DNA of 45,785 nucleotides. Source: Atractiella rhizophila. Taxonomy: Eukaryota. The position numbers and the translations under genes are program-made. A model generated the notes under the pieces. The model made no database searches. It was given only the letters and a program-made list of their open reading frames with translations, and was not told the DNA's origin. This document shows positions 24,952 through 36,589 of this stretch, piece after piece (position 1 is the stretch's first letter; each line of letters begins with the position of its first letter). The stretch spans positions 1 to 45,785 of the forward strand of contig MU271549.1 of assembly GCA_021432655.1 (NCBI GenBank), given 5' to 3'.

Positions 24952-27480
24952 CATTTGCGCATTTCACATATTCTTCAGTTCATGGATCCGTTTGCAGTCT
25001 CATTAAATGTACAGTATCTATCGTGCAATCGGTCAAATACCCATATCATGCCCCAAAATCTAATTCGATGCCAGCTGAGACTTTTTCCAAGTGCTGGCTC
25101 TGGAGTCCAATCAGATTTGGACCTTCCTCATCGAAGGAAAGCTCACTTCTATGAGTATGGGACCGATAGCGGGACCCTGCTGGCTGGTCTTTTTGCTTGC
25201 CTTTATATTACTCTTCTTCTTCTCCTCTAATGAGCGATGGATTGCTTCAACTGTGAAAAGGCGTAGGTATTCAGCGGACAGAGCCAGCGCGTCGTCCGAC
25301 ACTGCATCACACTCAGTTAGACTCTCTGAGTGAAAGAACATATGGTAAATTAACCGCGTGGGCTACCCTCGAATGATTGCTTGAACACTTCACGGACCAA
25401 CGCCTGCTCACAAATGAAGTCAGTGCTGGGGGATGAGGCAAAGATGAGTGATGAGCTGAGCGGACAATACTGTAACTTGGGAGTTTCTCTGGTACTGTTG
25501 AGTCGTCCATGTTACCGTAATATACAGCTAAAAAATGCGACTGTTTGGCATTCAATATTCAACGACGGTCTTTGTGACCTTGTTTCGACGTGAAGCGTTG
25601 TTGGCGGAGAGGCGGTACCGACCACTTACGTGCTTCCTTCGCATTCGAGACCATAGGCTCTGCTCTGTATTTTCTAGAATATTGCACTCACACAGAAAGA
25701 ACCTGTGCAGAAGTCCTTGTATGAAAACAAGCCAGGCGCGTCAAATCGAACATGCATAACTAATTCGTGCCTGAGATCTGAGACTGACCACCTTCGGATG
25801 TGTGCAAATCATCTACTTTATATGTCATGTGGCAACCGGAACTACAATACTCTCTGTGTTGAATGGGGTCATGAAAAGCCTTCTGTAGGATTGGAGCGCA
25901 GAAAGCAAAGCATTCAGGATGATGTCTTCATGCTGATGCAGGCAGAACACCATCCTCATATTCTTGTATCTCGTGGATGTGCTCTAATGAGGCTTGCTGT
26001 AACATATCCTCTTGTTGAGAAGCTATGCCTCCTAGTTGCGCTTTGCGGATCAAACATTTTGTCATCCTACTTTCGTGGGTGTGATATGGCGTGGTCGACT
26101 CAATGAGCGACCTCATGCCCAGTCCTTAGCTTGATCGATGACTTTTGCGACTGACATCGACCCATCTCATCTATCACTCCGATTTAGCCGGCCTAGAGAT
26201 ATTGCAGAGAGAAGACCCTTTGTTTGGATAATAGCTGGAATTGTGTGGGGAGATGGGGAAAGTGGCATTTGTTGAGCGCTTAGTGCGCATGATCATGCAA
26301 CCGATGGGAACACACTACTTGAGAGAGAAAGATTTTGACAGCTGCAGCCGAATGCTGGTGGTATAAAAGCACGCTAAGAAGCGTTGCTAGGATTACAGTT
26401 AGTGGGACATTTCCCATGATGTCTTTTACTTTCAAAGCGATTCTCCTTGCGCCCCACAGCGTTTCGGCTCATTACACGTGGGTTTCTATCTCTGGTCCGT
26501 CAAACGGTTTATTTCTTGCTCACAACCATTGTAGGAACTGCCAATTGGGAAGTCGTAAGAAGAACTAATAACTACAACACTCAGAATCCGGTTAGCAGTT
26601 CTCGATTTAACTGGGGGGAAACATTGACGATATAACAAGCACTGACCTGTGCTGTTACACCAGCGACGATGATGACCTCCGGTGACTTTTTTCTTTTATG
26701 GCCAACGGAAGACTAGGAAGAACTTTGGGCATTTACACAGTCGCCGCTGGAAGTTCCATCACAATGGTTCCTTCTACAGAGTGACCATTGTTAAGGTACT
26801 ACTTCATTGCTCACACGGCTCATCGCTTCCTCAGCCTTTATCGCATTAGAGTGTTCCGTCGATCGGTTAGATCTTGGTCAAGTGTACTGGTCTTGTTTCT
26901 GTATGCAGATTGTGAACGTCTACCTCGCAAAGGTGCCAAGTGGTAGCGGTGTTACTACTTGGGCTGGGGATGGCACGGTGAGCTGGTATGCTCCGCTTTA
27001 AGCGCCTTTCTAATACGGAGCAAGTTTGGTTCAAGATATATACAGATCACTGCGGCCGCTGATCCTGCTGGGCAAGCGTCTCTTCAATGGCCAGCAGAGT
27101 GTAAACATTCCCTTCTGATGTCAGATACACCATAGATATCACGAGCATCTGCCACTACTCCGCCCAGAGAGTACATTCTACAATGCTCGAACTGAATGTA
27201 TCAATAATTACTTCGTATTGTAGAATCGCGGAGTGCGGAAATTCACAACACCGCATCTTCTCCTAGCATATACGCTTCACGTCGCCGACGCTCTTCAATT
27301 CTATTTGAATTGTGCACAAATTAGGGTAACGATACGCTTTTCAATTGCATCACTCGAAAGCCTTACCTTTTTCCCACGCAGCGGAACTGGGACGCCGTCG
27401 CCTTTGGTCGCCATTCCCGGCGCTTACCCAAAATCTGATCCAGGTGGACTGTGCACTCAACTTCTTTGTACGTTTGTTCT
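24947..27480 (+). repeat. Direct duplicate of 22262-24906 (MHF2-AA9 block)
   Basis: Collinear; virtually identical at the left end and increasingly diverged through the AA9 gene. Confidence 0.92.
25046..25510 (-). CDS. MHF2: CENP-X / MHF2, copy 2 (duplicate or allele)
   Basis: Same exons as 22361-22825 with mostly silent or intronic differences. Confidence 0.75.
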
Positions 27481-27602
27481 TTAATCCGCATTATCATATC
27501 CTGACGAGGTATGTCCAGCCTGGTCCGGTAAGTCCCCACCGCACTTGACCCATCGCGCATGAACGCATAGCTAAGGTGATTTCGACTGTTTGGTCCGGTT
27601 GA
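26416..27602 (+). pseudogene. AA9 LPMO pseudogene (degenerate copy of paralog 2)
   Basis: Second copper His changed CAC>CGC (26842-26844); splice acceptor deleted near 26625; donor GT>AT near 26669; +1 frameshift near 27040. Retains the terminal YVQPGP|TVWSG*. Confidence 0.85.
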
Positions 27603-29056
27603 GATAGTTCGATGAGCAATCAAAGCGGATTTGTACAATTATCGAAAACACAGTGGAATCATGCAAACTCATTCACTCCTCTCCTTGCCTCCCGTTTAAC
27701 TCTTTTTGTGCGCTGTCCCAAAACAAGGCTGAAAATACTGTGAAGAACCCACATGGTTCTTTCAACAGAGCAGTAGGCACCTTTGTTCAACCCCGAAGAC
27801 GTTTTTTGTAAGGGCAGGCAACGAAAACCATCAGGCTTGCATTCTTTACGCATTCCCGGACCCGATTCATCAGGTCGCCTTGTTTTGTGGATGTTTTTCA
27901 ACAAGCAGATGAATGTTTCTCATGAGGCGAATGCATGCTCTTTCTCGCCAGACACGACATTCTTTGGGAAGGTAGCTTAAATTTCAAACCACTGAATTCC
28001 TCCCGGTTCCATTGTACTAGTTCCATAGTGCACACATTACTGATAATAAACATTACCATCATATACATATTACTATTATCGAATTTGACAGGTCTCGTCG
28101 TGTCCCAACTCTTGATCGATCCGCCGTCTGCCTTATCAAGTAGGGAGAGCAAAATCGGGGCTGTGAGCAACTTACAAGTTATTACACTGAAGTAAAGGCA
28201 AGGAGATCAATTGGAAGGGACCGTAGTGAGTAGGAGAGAAGTCAGTAAAGGAATTGGGGAGATCGCAGAAATCGTTATTCACAAAGGCGGATCCGTTGTG
28301 CAACTATCGAGCATGCTGAGATGGTCAACGTCGCAATGGTTGGTCAAGTATTGAGGGTGGGTATCCGACCAAACCAAACAAGAGGGTTATGCTTCCCTTT
28401 CTCGTTATCGTTCCCCTCAGCCATCATACTGTCCTCCTTTGAGTCTGCCCACACGGAGACTCTTTTAACTCGGATTGTAAGAGAGCGGACTAGAAACCTT
28501 GACTGCCGGCGCGGCATGAGGAGGAAGCCTACTTGCACGTAGCGTTTGATTGGCGGCGGTGGATGGTCTGGAGTTTGTTTCCGAGGCTCTGTTCAGAGGA
28601 AAGACTTCCTTCATTCTAGAATGGAAGGGAAGAGAAGGGGTGAGGACAAAACAATACAAGTTTGTCACTTACCTCCAGGGTGACAATCTGGTCTGTATAA
28701 AGTATTCAGCCTCTTAAACACAAATCATATCCACATCACAAGAATAGAAGAGAGACGGTCCTAGTAGCTTCCACCTTCCACATGAATAGTTTGTTTCCCA
28801 TCTTTGTGAGTTCAGCATTACTAGAAAATCGACAGGCAGTTAGGAGCTACAACTTCAGTATTGTCAAGTCCATCATCTATCCTATCGCATGTATCTTTTT
28901 GGCTTTGATTTGGAGGTGGTTCATTGTGGTTAACGTGCAAAGGGATAGGAGAGAGAATTAGTTGCTCCGTCACCTTCAAAAAGCGAATGTTTCGGCTGTA
29001 CCGAAGGGTTTACTCTATACTCCGGAGTGACTAGGAACTGAGTTGGGTTGAATGAT

Positions 29057-29096
29057 AAAGGGGGGCCAGAGATGTAATTTTAGGGTATAAAGCCCC
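29057..29096 (+). repeat. Left terminal inverted repeat
   Basis: aaa-g6-ccagagatgtaattttagggtataaagcccc vs reverse complement of the right end, caa-g7-ccagaggtgtaatttcaaggtagaaacccc. Confidence 0.88.
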
Positions 29097-32000
29097 CTAA
29101 CCGCATGCTGCCAAGAGTGGCCACTCTTAGGTTCGACCTGGATTTTCACAGAAATTGTTTGCCAAATATTTTCAGTGTCTTGCGGTTATACCACAGGTTC
29201 CTGAAAAATTATACATCACGCGAAAGTGACCTGAAAAGAGAACTGAGAGCAGGAAATGAAGTAAACATAAGAGCAAAATGAGGAAGGTTTGAATGTTAAT
29301 TGTGCAAAGAAGAATAAAAGCTGAACTAACTTGATATCCAAGTTGTAGATGTTACGTTGGATAAAGCTGAGAGCAGCATAGCAGCTTGGAAGCTGTTCAC
29401 AGAGTCATATCAGTTTGTGCTCCTAGAGCTAAATACAACTTACACTTCATCCAGAACAAATGGTGGAGCTGGAACAGAAACATATTGATTGGTATTTGTG
29501 GTGACTGGTCGCCCTGGCAGCCACTTGAGCTTGACTCTGTGATGAAAAGTACGCTGAGTCTCTACCAATCTCAGAAGCATATCTGTGTCCATTTCTTCAA
29601 TCCACTTTGCTTCAGTGCTTCCACGGTCTGAATCAATGAACTGCTCTAATTGCCCAACATGTTCCTGATGATAATAATTTGCAAGTGAAAAAGAAGGAAT
29701 GATCAGCCCACATTGATCACCTTGATAAGTGGAGGGGAAAGTTAGGGCATGGAGACTTTGTAACACTGATGATAGAGTAGCAGGTTGGGAAGCAATTAAA
29801 GACCGAACATTCTATAAGGACCTTCTCTATCTGAGACCCTTTCTTCATAAGTTGAATGGAGCAGGTTCCATATCTTTCACAAAATGGACAGGTGTAGTCA
29901 CGATCCTTGAGGTTTCTTGATAGTTTAGGATCAGAGGGTGGAACTGGGAGAGGAAAGAGAAGTCCATCATCTGAGGGGTGAATTCCAAATGAAGGAAGGA
30001 GATTGAGGCAAGGTGGAAACCAACATGCAAAGGCATCTTCTTCGTTGTGTACACAGTTTGACAGCACTCCACCATGCACTTTGAGGTATATGCAATCGGC
30101 AGTCCTAGATCTGCCAGGCTTTGAACAATACTTTGGCTTTGGAAATGGATCATGCCTATGATTGAGACAGTCAGGTTGCCACCACCAGAACATGTTCAGA
30201 CCACTACCGATCGTATCTCAAGAAAGTATCATGCTGCACGTCACTCTTACCGTCTCATGCCTCTTAATCTCCCAGAAATCCAGCTAAATCGTAATCCTGA
30301 CATACTTAATGCTGGAGACCTTGTGAGCCTCCTCATTCACTGCCAGGAGGATGTCGCATTGGCTGTTGCGGTATTCCAGCAGGTTGACAGGGACCGCAAT
30401 AAGAATAAGGATCCCCTAGCTACCATTGCCATGTCTGCTCTAGGAAACAGCACTGCCAACACCTGTCTCCTGGTCCGGCCAATTCTGCTTCGTCAGCTAC
30501 TCTCCTCAGACCACGGTCAAACATGGGCATGCAATGGCAGTGTCTATCTCAAGCTCCTCAACGCTCGTACAACCTTTCTCTGTGACCTCCAGTCAGCTTT
30601 TACCTCTACGTCCTAACCGATTTGAAGTGGAAGAAGAACCATGGTGGGGGTTCAACCATGAGATTCTGGAGAAAACTGAGTTGAAACTTTCGAGCTTGAT
30701 GAGGAGTCGCCACATGGATCTCACAGCAATGGAAAGTTTGTGTGACATCAAAGGCTTCCCTTATCAAGATTCTGGAGGTGTGTTCAATGACCACTTACTG
30801 GGTTGAGAATGAGACGAATAAGATGTGCCTTGTGCACGACACCTTGTCCATCCGCTCTACACAAGTAAAGGTCATCTTGCGAGACCCTCAACTTCCAGAC
30901 AACCCAGTTTCACTGAGCTTGTCTCCAAATCCAACTTCTCCATTGTGTCTTATTTCGGAGTCAGTCACGTCTGCTTTAGTTCCTCCTAATCCTACTGCCA
31001 ATACCAACTGGGATGTCTGGATCTCTAACAGCTCATCTTGTTCTTCTTCAGCTTATCCAATTGACATGTGTTGGCCCTTCATCAAAAGGAGAAGGAGAAG
31101 TGTAAGTGTTGATGGGTACATAGCTGATGGCTGATGGAGTGGTTCAAAAAGGCTGATGGTCTTCATTAAGAAGTGTTTGGACAGACGGAGGACACTGAGA
31201 GGGGAGAGTTGGCGGCAAGAGTGTTGATTGGTACGACTCGAGCGCATTTGCAGTCTCATCCTCTTCATTGTCCAGACCAGTACCCATGAACTGCTCTTGC
31301 TCTCTTCCTTTTGGCCAAAAGAGTGATACCGACTCTGTCAAGAGTGCAACATGGTCGAATAGGATACCAGTCCTTCGATTCCTTCAGCTCCCTTTCTGTT
31401 TTCCGCAATGCAGCCTCCCAAACCTGATCTAAATCCACCTTACCAACCTCAACACAACCCATAACAGAGCTGGGATTCAGATGATCTTGACCATGCTCCG
31501 TTGTAGGATCGAGACGTTTGTCTGTAGGTCTCCATTCAGGATGAAGCACGTAGTCATGCTGAACTCACACGCCGTGACAGCATGTTGCTGAAACTGGTGG
31601 AAGTCAAAATTGCGGTCACTTCCTGTCAGTGTACGGATGATTCCGAAGGCTTGTTTGAGGAGATCAGTTCCAAGCTGGAAAAGAAAGAATCGAAATTGGG
31701 GGTTGGTAGCCTTGATTCGAGTGACAATAAGAAAGCAGCCTTAACAGTTGTCACAAAGTCATGGTAAAGTTGCCTTGGCAAGAAGTTCCCACTATTCACC
31801 CGATAGCACACCAACATTTTGAGAGCTGCCGTGGCCAGATTCTCCAATTGGGTGGAGAGATCCAGGTTCATTGAGATGAAAGGGATAAACCCGTCATGGA
31901 TGTTGGAGCCAAGGAGAGACAGTGCTCTCCATTCGTGAAAGATCGTCAGGCTATCATCGTATGGTTTTGGGATGTTAGCCAGCTGGGAAAAGTAGGTGAG

Positions 32001-33770
32001 GAGACAGGTTGTGCACGGAACATTCATCTTGTCCTTCTCGTAATATAGGATGTCCACTCGTAGTCATCAACGTTGGGATGTGCATTCTTGAGGTGTTTGT
32101 GTGTGACTTCAGGTGTGGTGGTGACATGTGCAACCGCTATTCCGCTTCTACGTTGGAGTGCAGTCGCAAAATGCTTCCAGAGATGCTTGACATCAAAGAC
32201 AGGAAGGATGCCAGTCTTGGAAGTAAAGCAGTAGTCGAAAAGAGGCAGATCATTCCAGATGACCTTAAAGAGTTGGGGAAAGACCTGATGAATCTCCCTC
32301 TTCCTGAACCAGAACTGAAACTCCCTCCGTCATTTGCCATCTCCGTCACTGCAGTATGCTAGGAGATGACTGAAGCCACCAAAGCATTGCACAATAAATT
32401 TGAGTGTGCCTTTCTCTTTGGTGGCAATGGTTCGGATACCATCCTCGAAACTGCCGCCTTTCATACATTATGGACTAATAGACAGGGGTCTCATATGATA
32501 TTCTGTATATTTATGTCAGCATAGGACCCAGAATGCGTTACGAAAGGAGAGCACACCTTTGTCACCAAATCGCCCCATGCCTCCCACACTCACAAAGCTT
32601 GCAATGTGTGCTCCTCCAGCGATATTGTCTAACCCCTGCCGAAGCTTCACTCCAATTTCAAAGACCTTTTCTTCGCCGTCAATCACCAAGTCGAGGTCCC
32701 CGACATGCTCTCGATATAGACCTTCACATCGCTTTATGAAAGGATTATAGCAGCAATGTTTCTCCAGAGCTGTCTCATCCTTTGCAAGGAAGAAGAACAC
32801 ATGATTCGCCGATGCTTCGTCAGAATATGGGAAGATACCTAGGTTGTGCAATATCTCGTGTGCTGTGGGATATCCATATGAATCATGTAGCTTGTTATGG
32901 CTAACAAAATGATGGATGGTGTGGAGGGAGGGAAGACCATTGGCTCTGTGGAATGTATGAACTAGACGCGCTCCACCAATACGGAGGAGCATGGCACCTA
33001 GCTGGAAGTGTTTCGTGTAAGTTCGGAGTCCGAGAGAACCGTCAATGGCTTTGAAGACAATCCAAAGAAGCTCCTGCGCGCTAACCTTTTGACAGCAATG
33101 GTATTGATAGATAATGTCACCGATGCGGGGTAGGTCAGAGGTGCCAATGCTGCAAGGAGGTGGCATTCTTCAAAGTGGTTGATGCGAAGGCGCTTGTTGA
33201 GCTGTTGGATAAAAGTTAATGCAAGATGACTATAGAAATAGATAGTTGTACCTTATTCGTCAATGTTGTATGGATGGCAGAGTATTGTCACGAAAGGATG
33301 GAATCCTGAAGTGGCATGAGGTAAGCTTCGTTCAGGTCAAAAGAGGGGTCAACATTTTTGGCTCTCCATTGAATCTGCAGGTAAAGCTTCGACTCCTTGA
33401 TACTGAGGCAAGCCTTACAGATGGCCTGCTCTGCTCCTACCATCTTCTTCCAGCACTTGCATGACTCCAGCGTGATGTGTAACGCTTCCAATTGAGCTAT
33501 CCAAGGAATATCTTCATTCTCCCCAGGCACCATGGATAAGACTCATTCGGACTTGCTCCACCAACCCCGAAATACTTCCAGCCATCACAGTCTTGCACAT
33601 GAAAGGTGAATGCTTCTTCCTCATCATATTCCCCAGCATCGGAATATGTTGCGGCATCGTCCACCCTTTTGTCGTGCAAAGCAAGGAGGCCATGATCTTC
33701 TGAGCAACGCGGCACTCACCTCAGGCTGAAGGTATGAGACCCCTTCCTCCAGCCCTTCTATGTGCAGATG

Positions 33771-34260
33771 TGTTAGGGCTGACACTATGTGCGGTCGCTG
33801 ATAGGCGATGCGTCTGTAGTGGAGGTAAACCTAAGAGAATCGTATAGCATGAGAAGACTAACCTGTAGTGGAGGTAAACCTAAGAGAATACTCTGAGGTC
33901 ACCACCACTACATCTCAATGTATATATACATATGCCAAGGCACTGCCATAAACTGTAACATAAGTTTCTTGAAACATGTAAGATAGCTAGATCAGGAAAG
34001 CAATAAAGGGAATACTCGGAAATAAGATATACTGAGCAGTACAAGTGAGAAAAGATAACAAGGCAATAATGGCGACGGTGCAGACCGGCGAAATGTATAA
34101 GGTTTGCTGAGCGGCGATTCGAGTGAGATGGGAGAAGGCGGCGGTCAGCGCGAACGTGCGCAAAGCGGCGACGGGTAGGCACTTGATCCTACGATGTACT
34201 AAAGTAGGTCACGTGACTCTGAATGGTGCATTTCGGTAATGCGTAGGGGCAAGCCTGACA
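33771..34260 (-). mobile_element. Solo LTR A (Gypsy family)
   Basis: TGTTAGGG...CCTGACA termini with 5-bp TSD AGATG (33766-33770 / 34261-34265). Confidence 0.93.
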
Positions 34261-34539
34261 AGATGATATCGTAAACGGGCAATCTCATCCAACATCCTTC
34301 CCTCTCTTGCTTCTCGATTACGCTTCACTGTCCACATGTGTAATTCTTGCTTCTCAGTCTCCTTCTCTAACTCCTCAATCTGGTCTTTCAAATGACACTT
34401 CGATGCCTTGCCACAAGCACGTCCTTTGAGGTGGGTCTTATTGAGGTACCGTTGAGATGGCAATTTCACACCACGGTCCGGGCATTGGAAACTCTATTTC
34501 GAGAGACATTAGACTCAATAGATCATATTTAGTGAAAAC

Positions 34540-34998
34540 TGTCAGGCTTGCCCCTACACATTACCGAAATGCACCATCTGAAGTCTCGTGACCCACTTTT
34601 GCCGCCTCATGGGATCACGTGCCTATCCATCGCCGCTTTGCTCATGCCTGCGCTGTCCGCTGCTTTCCCCCTCCGCTCAGCAAACCTTATACATTTCGCC
34701 GATCTGCACCGACTCCATTTTTGCCTTACTATCCTTTCTCACTAGTACTACTCGGTATATCTTATTTCCGAGTATTCCCTTTATTGCTTTCCTGATCTAG
34801 CTATCTTATGTGTTTCAAGAAACATACGTTACAGTTTATGTATATATACATCGAGATGTAGTGGTGGTGACCTTAGAGTATTCTCTTAGGTTTACCTCTA
34901 CTACAGGTTAGTCTTCTCATGCCATACTATTCTCTTAGGTTTACCTCCACTATAGATGCATCGCCCATCGGCGACCGCACATAGTGTCAGCCCTAACA
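34540..34998 (+). mobile_element. Solo LTR B, opposite orientation to A
   Basis: TGTCAGG...CCCTAACA termini with 5-bp TSD AAAAC (34535-34539 / 34999-35003); reverse-complement homolog of solo LTR A. Confidence 0.93.
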
Positions 34999-35487
34999 AA
35001 AACACACACCTGGGTGGTGGGAACATCTCTTCTTGCAGCTGAATGCTCAGAGGTTGACTGCTGCGGTCCAGTAATCGATATCGATTCGGGAGGGGTCAAA
35101 GATGGCACCAGAGACAGAGAAGTTGCGTTGGGATTGAGTGAAATCGAGGTTAATGTATGAGGATCTGGTAAGCGGCAGACAAGTAGATTGTCTAACCGCA
35201 TCTGTGGAGGAGGTTGAAGGAAGCTGTGAAAGCTATGTTCAGGGATGCTTTCCACATTTTGACTTCCCTGGTGAACAAGAAAAGCAACCCTGCGCCGTTT
35301 GGACGGAGAAGCACTGGGGGAGGCAATGAGAAGGACCGATGAGCCTGGTTGCACAGAAGTTGTCGATGAGAGTGGTGTTTCCTGTGGGTCCAAAGGATTG
35401 GAATTTGAGGGGATGGGTGATTGAGGTACGAGCACAGGTGGGAGTGTTGCAGCAGAGGTGCCTGAGAACGCATGCGCAACAACAGTC

Positions 35488-35950
35488 TGTTAGGGCTGAC
35501 ACTATGTGTGGTCGCCGATAGGCAATACGTCTGTAGTGGAGATAAACTTAAGGGCATGATATGACATTAAGACTAACCTGTAGTGGAGACAAACCTAAGG
35601 GCATGATATGACATGAAGACTAACCTGTAGTGGAGATAAACCTAAGAGAATACTCTAAGGTCACCTCTACTACTCTCTGATCTATATATACAAGCGGAAT
35701 AACACTGCCACAAAGCGTAGGGGAGAGCAGATGAAACATGTAAGAGAACTAAAAGGGGGAAGTGACAGTGGGATTACACGGAGTTAATAAGAGGAGGATA
35801 GGCACAATTGGGCTAAGTGGTGATGTAGGTGCAAATGGGTGACGGGAGACGCAGTGTCGAACCGGCACCGATTCGCAGGGAACACAAATGGGCGATAGGA
35901 GACACAATCCGGCAAACGGGCGCCGGTTTGCGTAAGATGCGAACCTGACA
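35488..35950 (-). repeat. 3' LTR of the Gypsy element, containing a ~47-bp tandem subrepeat
   Basis: TG..CA termini, adjacent PPT-like GGGGGATGT (35951-35959, minus strand), TATA-like tatatata ~35684, and ctgtagtggagataaac.. units at 35531, 35578 and 35624. Confidence 0.92.
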
Positions 35951-36189
35951 ACATCCCCCAGTTTCTGTGGTGCTTGCAGTAAGCAGAAACTTCTGCTTCA
36001 TGACGTTTGCCAATTTTGCGAAAGGTGCCTGAAGTATCAGCCGCCGCTCGGACAGAGATGAAATTGTTGGAGCAAAGAGACACTGTGTACCTCGCAATTT
36101 GAGGAATTTTTCAAAGTTGACCAGGTGTTGTTTTGGTGTAATAAGTGTCCATTCTGCGAAAACGGGCTGGACAACTCACCAACAAACCG

Positions 36190-36533
36190 GTCACCGATCT
36201 GTCCGTTGAGGAACAGACCGGCGCCTCGCCTAGACCTATGTTCAACAATGTGACTAGGGATTCACCCAGTGAGGCATGTAGAGGAGTAGGACCTCTTAAA
36301 GTGAGGGGGAGGGGACCTCGCGATTGAGGGCAATTTTCGTAAATGCGACATTGGTGATGGTGCAAGAACACAATGAGCATTTGTCTTTGACGGGCGACGA
36401 ATGGACTCACCAATGACCAAGTCACCGACTTGCCCGTTGAGGAGCAAGTCGGCGCCTTGCCTTAACCTAAGTATCAAAGACTAGGATTTCACCCGGCAAG
36501 GTATATAGGGGTGTTGGACCCTTTAAAGTGAGG
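36190..36533 (+). repeat. Diverged ~115-bp direct repeat pair in the Gypsy 3' region
   Basis: gtcaccga..ccgttgagga..cggcgcct..taaagtgagg at ~36190-36306 and ~36421-36533. Confidence 0.7.
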
Positions 36534-36589
36534 AAGACCCTTCAGCACGTTTTCGTCATTTGGGCGATTTTTTGCAGAGTTCGGTATGG

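Noticed and set aside
24763..25230. Poly-Lys / poly-Phe ORFs
   Set aside because: Translation artefacts of the A40 run.
24907..27480. Retrocopy or LINE-mediated insertion suggested by poly-A
   Set aside because: The duplicate keeps introns and intergenic DNA of two oppositely oriented genes; no TSD or RT found.
27603..29049. Short ORFs between the AA9 pseudogene and the left TIR
   Set aside because: No recognisable motifs or consistent exon chain; cannot support a gene call.
33771..34998. MITE/foldback element formed by the two inverted LTRs
   Set aside because: Each LTR has its own distinct TSD and the spacer is transposase sequence.
35531..35650. Repeat-spacer pattern resembling a CRISPR array
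   Set aside because: The 'spacers' are near-identical; this is a tandem subrepeat within a eukaryotic LTR, with no cas genes.
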